Shown: positions 57,250 through 64,000 of the stretch, in pieces
How the letters are laid out: each line of letters opens with the position of its first letter
Position numbering within the stretch: the first letter of the stretch is position 1
NCBI GenBank assembly: GCA_964491455.1
Contig: CAZBFM010000001.1
Location: 447,868-511,867 of the forward strand
Direction of reading: 5' to 3'
From: an uncultured Candidatus Saccharibacteria bacterium
Lineage (GTDB): Bacteria; Patescibacteriota; Minisyncoccia; 2-02-FULL-40-12; GWA2-44-9
DNA: 64,000 bases
Program-made: the position numbers and the translations under genes
The notes under the pieces: model-generated
What the model saw: only the letters and a program-made list of their open reading frames with translations
Told to the model about the DNA's origin: nothing
The model's database searches: none

Positions 57250-57768
57250 TTAATTACTTAGCTCCTCCGTGCTATCACGAGATATGATGGTCGTTTGTAG
57301 CGAAATAGTAGAGGCACTCACATTCTCCCCGTCCGCCGATTGCAAAGTCATCGGGATCGTTACCCGCGTCGGTGAATTATCAAGACCGTTACCTGCACTA
57401 CAAAATGACATATTCGTGATCCAGACGTTGGCAGGTGTAATTGTCGACGTCGCGCCATTCTTCGTCTGTGTTAATTGCTTCGCGTTGACGTCATAGGTAT
57501 ATTCTAGCTCGCCGTGCACGGGGTGGTCCATTGTAAGCGACGTAGCACACCCCGCAGGCGATGTCACTGTACTGACGCGCACTTCGCGAGCGATACCCTC
57601 GAAAACAACCATGGCGGTATCTTGCATGGCTTGATACCCGGCTGAGCGTTTCTGAAGTGCAAGTGCATCAGAGAAAATCTGCGTAACCGCGATAAGCACA
57701 ATCGCAAACAATGTTGATGCAATCAGCACCTCAACGAGCGTAAATCCTCGTGCGTCCTGTGTGTTCAT
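57250..57768 (-). CDS. type IV minor pilin (prepilin-type N-terminal cleavage/methylation domain)
   Basis: Leader then RG|FTLVEVLIASTLFAIVLIA. Confidence 0.6.
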   Translation of the reverse strand: MNTQDARGFTLVEVLIASTLFAIVLIAVTQIFSDALALQKRSAGYQAMQDTAMVVFEGIAREVRVSTVTSPAGCATSLTMDHPVHGELEYTYDVNAKQLTQTKNGATSTITPANVWITNMSFCSAGNGLDNSPTRVTIPMTLQSADGENVSASTISLQTTIISRDSTEELSN

Positions 57769-57774
57769 ATAATA

Positions 57775-58305
57775 TTAGAACCAATTAAAAATCGTGTACT
57801 CGACGGTGATTGACTTCTCCACACCCGATCGTTGCTCGGTCCAGGTCACAATGCTTTGAATTCGTATCTGTGTCACGGGAGTTGCAACGATAGGCGTCAC
57901 CACAATCTTTCTTCGAAACGGGGTGTCATCACCGGTACCGTATTGGTACAACCCCGACGAGCTATCAAGCTTCAGTGGAACACCGTTGTAGGTGCTGAGC
58001 ACAAGAGCCGTACTATTATACTGCACCGTACACTCAACCTCACACGACGTAAGTCCAGCAGTAAAGGCAGCTCCAGTGTACCAGTTGCTATCTCGAATCG
58101 AACGTACAACCTCTACCCCTTCTTGGGCAAGGTTGGAGGCAATAAGTGAATTCTTGATTCTCGCCGCCAATTGGAGAGAGTTACCTGCGAGCATAAATGT
58201 CGGCACCAGTGCCGTTGATAAAAGAGCGAGCGCGATGAGTACCTCAATAAGGGTAAATCCGCGCGCGCTGTTACTCCGTAGAGATGAGGCCAGTTTTTGA
58301 AACAT
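57775..58305 (-). CDS. type IV minor pilin (PilV-like)
   Basis: ARG|FTLIEVLIALALLSTAL. Start moved to the ATG at 58305. It overlaps the upstream pilin gene's 3' end by 35 bp. Confidence 0.55.
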   Translation of the reverse strand: MFQKLASSLRSNSARGFTLIEVLIALALLSTALVPTFMLAGNSLQLAARIKNSLIASNLAQEGVEVVRSIRDSNWYTGAAFTAGLTSCEVECTVQYNSTALVLSTYNGVPLKLDSSSGLYQYGTGDDTPFRRKIVVTPIVATPVTQIRIQSIVTWTEQRSGVEKSITVEYTIFNWF

Positions 58306-58816
58306 ACAACATTCGACACTCATCCGTTGGGGCGAGTGCGGTACATGAAGCGCCAACCCTCCGAATAACGAGTGTATTTTGTACGGGCGTGGTGCAGTTG
58401 CCACTCAAACAGACATACGTTGTCGGATCAGGTGGCACAAAAAAGACATCAAACGGAACCCCCACCAGCTCAAAAGTATTACCGGGAAACGTAACAACGC
58501 GAACATCCTCGTCATCTTCGCTGTCGTATGACGGATCCTGCGCTGCGCAGGTTTCATCAGCGACCGGCCCCGCATACAACACATATCTCGTCTGTTCAAA
58601 ATGGATACCATATCCACATCGATGAGATCCGTTTAATTGGGCACTCGTAAATGCACGCGACTGCGCATCGCGAATCGCCTCGGTTACTATAGAACGCGCT
58701 TGATCAAGATCTACGCGTGCTCGAGAAAAGCTTCTCATCATGAATATCGTACTCACCATAATAATGGTGAGTACCGTGAGCATTTCAACCAGCGTAAAAC
58801 CTCGCTCGTCGCTCAT
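58271..58816 (-). CDS. type IV minor pilin (prepilin-like)
   Basis: MSDERG|FTLVEMLTVLTIIMV. Track ORF trimmed to the ATG at 58816. 4-bp overlap with pilD. Confidence 0.55.
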   Translation of the reverse strand: MSDERGFTLVEMLTVLTIIMVSTIFMMRSFSRARVDLDQARSIVTEAIRDAQSRAFTSAQLNGSHRCGYGIHFEQTRYVLYAGPVADETCAAQDPSYDSEDDEDVRVVTFPGNTFELVGVPFDVFFVPPDPTTYVCLSGNCTTPVQNTLVIRRVGASCTALAPTDECRMLYVSKTGLISTE

Positions 58817-59574
58817 GGGAGGACTGGGATTAGGAGTCCACTCAAATATGCCACTGGATCTGGCATAAACAAGGTCACCACAGCAGCAACGACCCAAAAC
58901 GCCCCAAATGGCAGCGCTGTTTTCATGGTTGCCGATTTCCGCATCATCATACCAATTCCAATAGCCGCACCTCCCCAAATCGCGATGAGAGTCACACCGA
59001 TCGCCATGGGAAATCCAAAGAGCACACCTATTGCACATGCGAGCTTCACATCACCGAACCCCAACGAACGCCCTCGGGTAAGGAGATACAGCAGTCCAAA
59101 AAATGCCGTTAGACACACACCCATGGCGAGCGCATTGATGAGCAAATCGCTACGAAGTAGCGCAATCCTCCCGATAGCAATCGCGACCAGTGGTAGCGTA
59201 AGTGCGTCCGGGAGCATATGGTAGCGCACGTCGAAGAAAAATAATGAAACAAACAGAAATAGAATCGCTACATCAATCGCGCCCCACCACGTCACTACAC
59301 CGAACAACCATCCGTAACTTGCCAGCACCACGGCCATCGTCAATTCAAGCGCAGGATACCACCGTGAAATTGGAGCAAAACAGTAGCGACACGCGCCGCG
59401 CGTCGACAACCAGCTCGCCAAGGGAATAAGATCGTACCACGCCAATTCATGTTGACACACAGGGCACGCAGAGCGACCCGTCGCAACGCCACGCCAGTGA
59501 GGCCACCGCGCTAGAAGCACGCTCAAAAAGCTTCCTAGAAGCAACCCGAGAATTCCAAGTGATATACCCGTCAT
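58813..59574 (-). CDS. pilD: prepilin peptidase (A24 family)
   Basis: N-terminal Zn-binding CPVCQHELAWYDLIPL...CRYC, catalytic GFGDVKL and multi-TM. Start trimmed to MTGISLG. Confidence 0.85.
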   Translation of the reverse strand: MTGISLGILGLLLGSFLSVLLARWPHWRGVATGRSACPVCQHELAWYDLIPLASWLSTRGACRYCFAPISRWYPALELTMAVVLASYGWLFGVVTWWGAIDVAILFLFVSLFFFDVRYHMLPDALTLPLVAIAIGRIALLRSDLLINALAMGVCLTAFFGLLYLLTRGRSLGFGDVKLACAIGVLFGFPMAIGVTLIAIWGGAAIGIGMMMRKSATMKTALPFGAFWVVAAVVTLFMPDPVAYLSGLLIPVLP

Positions 59575-59594
59575 GCTCTGTAGTATAGCACCTT

Positions 59595-60068
59595 CTAATT
59601 TGCAAAATCGTAGTAGCAGTCGTCGATGCGTGGACACTCTGCTCCAAGCTCATCCTCCATTTCTCCGTTCACCGGCACACCGCTATAACCTGCGGTCACC
59701 GCGTCAAAGTCACTATCCCCGTCAAGAACCGTTAGCCTTCGCTCCAATTCAGCAGCTATCTGAAATTTCTTGCCAAGATATGCATACGACAATCCAGTCA
59801 GTAATGGACATGAGCTGAGATAGGTTGGCTGAAGCAAACCACACAACTCTGTCCATGATGCCGCCGCAGGAGCGTGGCCCTTGTCGTTGGAATACTGCTC
59901 TACCGCAGTTCGCGTCTGATTCACTATTGCGATCTTCTGCGTATCTCGCGCCCTTGCTCGAGCGCCACTCAACTGCAACAACACCAACGTCGCCAAAATA
60001 CCGATGATTGCGATAACCACCAATAATTCAACGAGTGTAAAGCCGAAATTGTTATTTCTTGAATTCAT
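59595..60068 (-). CDS. type IVa major pilin paralog 1
   Basis: Leader MNSRNNNFG|FTLVELLVVIAIIGILA, a conserved alpha1 helix, and a C-terminal disulfide region CPRIDDCYYD. Confidence 0.8.
   Translation of the reverse strand: MNSRNNNFGFTLVELLVVIAIIGILATLVLLQLSGARARARDTQKIAIVNQTRTAVEQYSNDKGHAPAAASWTELCGLLQPTYLSSCPLLTGLSYAYLGKKFQIAAELERRLTVLDGDSDFDAVTAGYSGVPVNGEMEDELGAECPRIDDCYYDFAN
59938..60032. repeat. 95-bp direct repeat, copy A (pilin N-terminal coding region); ~97% identical to 60478..60573
   Basis: Side-by-side comparison of the printed sequence shows 2 mismatches in 95 nt, and the ~75-nt core is identical. Confidence 0.8.
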
Positions 60069-60132
60069 TATGCGATCACAGTCTTCATTTCAGCAGAAGA
60101 CCCGCTTTCGCGGGTCTTCTAGGGCGACACTG

Positions 60133-60627
60133 CTAGTTGCCCTGGTCGTAATAACAGTCCGCAGCAGCAGAGCACGACGCTCCGGAAGCTGCCTCAGTCC
60201 CACCATCAATCTTTGCGTTCCCTCCGGTATATGCAGTTGCATCAGTATCGGAATCGGCATCAAGAGATGCAGATCGAGTCTCCAACTCAGCAGACACGAG
60301 AAACTTTGTGGTCGTATACGCGTAACCAAGCCCCGTTAGGTCAGGGCAGCTGGAAAGATAGTTTGGCTTCAAGATTCCGCAAAGCGCTGCCCACGTTGCG
60401 GCAACTGGAGGAGCACCCGCGTTGTCGTCCATATATGCCTCAACAGCGGTACGTACCTGATTAACTGCGGCAATTTTCTGCGTATCGCGCGCCTTTGCTC
60501 GAGCGCCACTCAACTGCAACAACACCAACGTCGCCAAAATACCGATGATTGCGATAACCACCAATAATTCAACAAGCGTAAATCCGCTTTGACCATCTTT
60601 CCTACTGAGGCTTAAAATTTGTTTCAT
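60133..60627 (-). CDS. type IVa major pilin paralog 2
   Basis: Leader ...DGQSG|FTLVELLVVIAIIGILA. N-terminal 50 aa are near-identical to paralog 1. C-terminus CSAAADCYYD. Confidence 0.8.
   Translation of the reverse strand: MKQILSLSRKDGQSGFTLVELLVVIAIIGILATLVLLQLSGARAKARDTQKIAAVNQVRTAVEAYMDDNAGAPPVAATWAALCGILKPNYLSSCPDLTGLGYAYTTTKFLVSAELETRSASLDADSDTDATAYTGGNAKIDGGTEAASGASCSAAADCYYDQGN
60478..60573. repeat. 95-bp direct repeat, copy B (pilin paralog 2 N-terminal coding region)
   Basis: See copy A. Confidence 0.8.
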
Positions 60628-60697
60628 TCGAGTTTCAAATTAAATACGTTACTACTATACCCCTCTTGCCGTAGTTCATACAGCCAGGTTATCAACA

Positions 60698-61909
60698 TCA
60701 TCCCACACCCGAGAGCGAATACATGGGAAGTAGGACGCTCGAGACAAGAAGCGCCACACCGATACCGAGCACCACAACCAATACAGGCTCGATGAGTGAG
60801 GTGATACTATCAAGTCTATTCTCTGATTCTGTGCGATAAAACTGACTCACATGCCCGAGCATCGTATCGATCTTACCGGTACGCTCTCCAATCGCAATCA
60901 TCGATGACATCATTGCGGGCACCTGCGAGCGATACTGCCGCAATACGCTAGAAATGGTACCACCACCCCTCACCTCTTCTTCTGCGTGCAATAAAATGTC
61001 CCGATACTCATCGTGATTCACAATGTCCGCGGTGATGCGCAGCGCGTCAAGAATTGCAATATCTGATCTGATGAGCGTGGAAAGGTTTTCGGCGATGCGG
61101 GCAAGGTAGACCGATTTGAGAATAACGCCAATACCCGGTACGCGTATCTTCATTTTATCGAACCACAAATGCCCTTCCGTCGTTTTAATCCACTGCCACA
61201 CACCCACTACCGCAACCGTGCAGTACATGAGAATGACAAGCACGTACTGGTTTACAAAATCAGTCAGCCATATCAACGCGCGCGTCGTAACAGGAAGACT
61301 TATTGTGCCTGCATCTTTAAAAATCACCAGAAGCTGCGGCAGTACATACAACATCATGATAAGTCCAACGGCAAGCATGGCGACAATAACAAACACAGGA
61401 TACGCCATCGCATTGCGAACTCTACTGGTGATTGCCTGACTTCGCTCGAGGTACTCTGCTAGATACGTAAGTGATTGTTGGAGTCGGCCCGATGCCTCTC
61501 CTGAGCGAACAAGCTTGACGAAAAACTGACTAAACAATTTCGGATGCTCAGCGAACGCGGCCGACACCTGCATACCTCCTTCAAGATCATTAGCGATTTC
61601 AGAGATGACGCGCGAAAAAACAGCGTTCTCACTTTGCAGCGCCAACGTCCGCATGCTTTCCGCAAGTGGCATATCGGCTTCAACCAACGTAGAAAGCTGT
61701 CGCGTAAAGACAACCACATCTTTGGTCTTGGGCGCATTGAGAATCGCATTTATATCAACCGAAAAAATACTTTTGCCAGCGGGCTGGAGTGCAGTAATCA
61801 CCAAGCCTCGTGCTTGCAATTCAGCGATTGCCTCACGCTCATCGGCGGCATCGATAACACCATCAATGAGTTTGCCTTCGGGTGATTTTACACGATAAGA
61901 AAATTGCAT
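60698..61909 (-). CDS. pilC: type IV pilus assembly platform protein PilC (GspF family)
   Basis: Two GspF repeats and a 3-TM topology. N-terminus MQFSYRVKSPEGKLIDGVIDA. Confidence 0.9.
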   Translation of the reverse strand: MQFSYRVKSPEGKLIDGVIDAADEREAIAELQARGLVITALQPAGKSIFSVDINAILNAPKTKDVVVFTRQLSTLVEADMPLAESMRTLALQSENAVFSRVISEIANDLEGGMQVSAAFAEHPKLFSQFFVKLVRSGEASGRLQQSLTYLAEYLERSQAITSRVRNAMAYPVFVIVAMLAVGLIMMLYVLPQLLVIFKDAGTISLPVTTRALIWLTDFVNQYVLVILMYCTVAVVGVWQWIKTTEGHLWFDKMKIRVPGIGVILKSVYLARIAENLSTLIRSDIAILDALRITADIVNHDEYRDILLHAEEEVRGGGTISSVLRQYRSQVPAMMSSMIAIGERTGKIDTMLGHVSQFYRTESENRLDSITSLIEPVLVVVLGIGVALLVSSVLLPMYSLSGVG

Positions 61910-61914
61910 CGTGA

Positions 61915-63696
61915 TTATTCTTGGAGAGACGGCGCCAGCTCATCATCACTCTTTGCCCCCTGTGCCACTTCAAGCAATTCAGCAAGCGAACACGTCCCAT
62001 CGAGGACTTTCATAATACCGTCCTGGAACATCGTCACCATCCCCTGTCGAGTGGCCTCAGCGCGAAGCGAGGACTCTGACAGGTCGCCAAGAATAATTTT
62101 TTCAAGATCATCGGTCATCTTGAGCATTTCGTAGATTCCGATGCGACCCTTAAACGCTTTACCGCCACACTCCTTGCATGCGCTCTTCTTGTTGGGTCGA
62201 GAGAGTGTATAGGTGGGTTTTCTGTAGGTGCTCACATACTCGACTGGCATACCCGCAAATGCCCCTTCAATAATCTCTGCCTCAACGGCTGTTGCCTCGC
62301 TGCGAATCTTGCAGGTTTCACAGAGACGTCGCATTAAGCGCTGTGCCACCGCGAGGCTCAATACAGGAGGGATGAGGTACCGCTCAACACCCATATCCAC
62401 CAAGCGAGGAATAACACCCATTGCATCATTGGTGTGGAGCGTGGAAAGCACCACGTGACCCGTAAGCGCTGCTTGCACTGCAAGACCCGCCGTTTCTCGA
62501 TCGCGAATCTCTCCCACCATAATCACATCAGGATCTTGACGCAGGATGGATCGCAGACCACTGGCAAATGTATATCCAATCTCCTCATGAGCCTGCGATT
62601 GATTCACGCCATCAATATAGTACTCAATAGGATCTTCGAGCGAGACGATGTTCACCTCGTCGGTATTCATTTGTTTGAGCATCCCTGCAATCGTGGTTGA
62701 TTTTCCAGAACCTGTCGGACCTGTGATGAGAATAATCCCATACGGACGCTCGATTGCTTCCTGCAAGAGCTCCCGACTCCGCCCCGCGATTCCTAGTCCC
62801 GCCAAATCTATACGGCTGGAAAGCGGGTCCAAAATACGCATCACCACTTTTTCACCTGCCTTGGTCGGAAAAGTACTCACACGAAAATCGTACTTCACTT
62901 TTCCTTGCATGATACTAAAGCGTCCATCCTGTGGGACGCGCGTCTCATCAATCTTGAGCTTTGATAGGATCTTTACGCGCGTCACGACCGCTGACTGGAG
63001 CGTCTTGGGAATCTTGAGCACCGTCTGTAGAACTCCATCAATACGAAATCGTGCACGAGTAAAATCATCAAATGGCTCCAAGTGGATATCTGAAGCTCGG
63101 CTATCAATGCCCGAGTTGAGGATCGCGGAAACAACCTTGGTCACCGGACTCTCCGCCGTAATCATCGACAAGTCCAGCTCCGGCTCATTTTGCTTGCTGC
63201 CCTTCCGTGATTCGTCAGCGATCGACTGCAACGCTTTTCCAACCTCACCCGAAAGCGATTTGAATTTCTTGAGTGTTGCAGAGAAGTCCTTGTAAGAGAT
63301 AACGTATTTCTCAAGCTTCAGCCCCTTGTCGGACGCAATAAACTTGAGCGCCTCGAGCGCATTGATATCTTCCGGGTCAAGTACTCCGGTCTTCAAAATG
63401 CCATCGGCAATCGAAAACGGAACGACACGATAGAATCCAGCAACATCCTCGCTAATCTCCTTGAATGCGTCGGGATCTGGCTCAACCTTTGCCAAATCAA
63501 TGAGAGGCATTCGGTAGAGCTCACTTTTTAGCTTTGCGAGATCAGCATCGGATATTATCTTTGCCTCAATCAGAGCGGATCCGATATCTTTTTGCTCTTT
63601 TGTTGCCGTCGCAACAAGCGCATCGGCGTCCGCTTGAGTAAGGCGGTTGGTCCGAATGAGCTCTCGTACGAGCGTTTGTGGGATTTTTCCAGGCAT
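61915..63696 (-). CDS. pilB: type IV pilus assembly ATPase PilB (GspE family)
   Basis: Walker A ITGPTGSGKSTT, Asp/His boxes, and the tetracysteine motif CETCK...CKECGG. Confidence 0.9.
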   Translation of the reverse strand: MPGKIPQTLVRELIRTNRLTQADADALVATATKEQKDIGSALIEAKIISDADLAKLKSELYRMPLIDLAKVEPDPDAFKEISEDVAGFYRVVPFSIADGILKTGVLDPEDINALEALKFIASDKGLKLEKYVISYKDFSATLKKFKSLSGEVGKALQSIADESRKGSKQNEPELDLSMITAESPVTKVVSAILNSGIDSRASDIHLEPFDDFTRARFRIDGVLQTVLKIPKTLQSAVVTRVKILSKLKIDETRVPQDGRFSIMQGKVKYDFRVSTFPTKAGEKVVMRILDPLSSRIDLAGLGIAGRSRELLQEAIERPYGIILITGPTGSGKSTTIAGMLKQMNTDEVNIVSLEDPIEYYIDGVNQSQAHEEIGYTFASGLRSILRQDPDVIMVGEIRDRETAGLAVQAALTGHVVLSTLHTNDAMGVIPRLVDMGVERYLIPPVLSLAVAQRLMRRLCETCKIRSEATAVEAEIIEGAFAGMPVEYVSTYRKPTYTLSRPNKKSACKECGGKAFKGRIGIYEMLKMTDDLEKIILGDLSESSLRAEATRQGMVTMFQDGIMKVLDGTCSLAELLEVAQGAKSDDELAPSLQE

Positions 63697-63704
63697 GCGG
63701 CGAT

Positions 63705-63971
63705 CTACTCAAATAAACTTCGTTTTCCTTCTGCATTTGGAATAACAGGCATCGCACCAAACACGCGCAACGACCGGAAAACAGTTGAGCTCAAGATCGC
63801 CGTATCGATGCGCGCATCGCGAAGCGACTGCAACGCAGAGACCTGATATTTCGACTCCAACGGCGCAATACCCGCCGCAGGATCAGAACCTGACGCAAAG
63901 AAATAACCTGCGATAAATCCAAAGGCGATAATCACGAGCGGCAAGACTCTATTTTCAGATGTTGATGGCAT
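63705..63971 (-). CDS. small TM protein (88 aa) immediately upstream of pilB; possible pilus assembly accessory
   Basis: One N-terminal TM helix (VLPLVIIAFGFIAGYFFA). An in-frame stop lies just upstream of the ATG, so the ORF is complete. Confidence 0.35.
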   Translation of the reverse strand: MPSTSENRVLPLVIIAFGFIAGYFFASGSDPAAGIAPLESKYQVSALQSLRDARIDTAILSSTVFRSLRVFGAMPVIPNAEGKRSLFE

Positions 63972-64000
63972 ACTACTTGATGTAATACGTTACCGCGTCG

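Noticed and set aside
59938-60573. CRISPR-like direct repeats
   Set aside because: There are only two copies, ~95 bp long, and they are coding. They are the N-terminal regions of tandem pilin paralogs and do not form a repeat-spacer array.
62648-63295. 215-aa plus-strand ORF antisense to pilB
   Set aside because: Shadow ORF inside the conserved GspE ATPase gene.

Overview
This is a 64-kb, gene-dense segment of a bacterial chromosome, roughly 55% GC, with most genes on the minus strand. It reads as a core housekeeping region.

Recognisable genes, in window order: rnhA, pgk, tpiA, a GalT-like HIT transferase, a GT2 glycosyltransferase, dprA, topA, relA/spoT, parB-parA, folD, tsaC(sua5), rpsP, rnc, nusB, rpmF, dnaE, thrS, miaA, gatB, tmk, rplK-nusG-secE, gyrB, pheT-pheS, a metzincin lipoprotein, glyQS, an ABC exporter, a large repeat-domain surface protein, recO, a Gmad2 protein, rhodanese, DoxX, an AlkD-like glycosylase, ileS, a VanW protein, gatA-gatC, a NUDIX hydrolase and ligA. 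The 3' end (56.9-64 kb) holds a type IV pilus cluster: a PilX-like protein, three minor pilins, pilD, two tandem major pilins, pilC and pilB.

There are two tRNAs, Leu-CAA and Asp-GTC. I see no rRNA, CRISPR array, transposase or integrase.

The ORF track appears to use alternative start codons, so several starts were moved to internal ATGs that are supported by the sequence. I also found several consensus sigma70-like promoters and rho-independent hairpin terminators.

The organism is probably a small-genome Patescibacteria/CPR-like bacterium. This is inference from the reduced aaRS domain architectures, the many small hypothetical genes, the compact type IV pilus locus and rplK not being followed by rplA.

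The most unusual feature is in ileS. It carries an in-frame histidine-phosphatase (PGAM-like) domain of about 190 aa inserted into the catalytic core.
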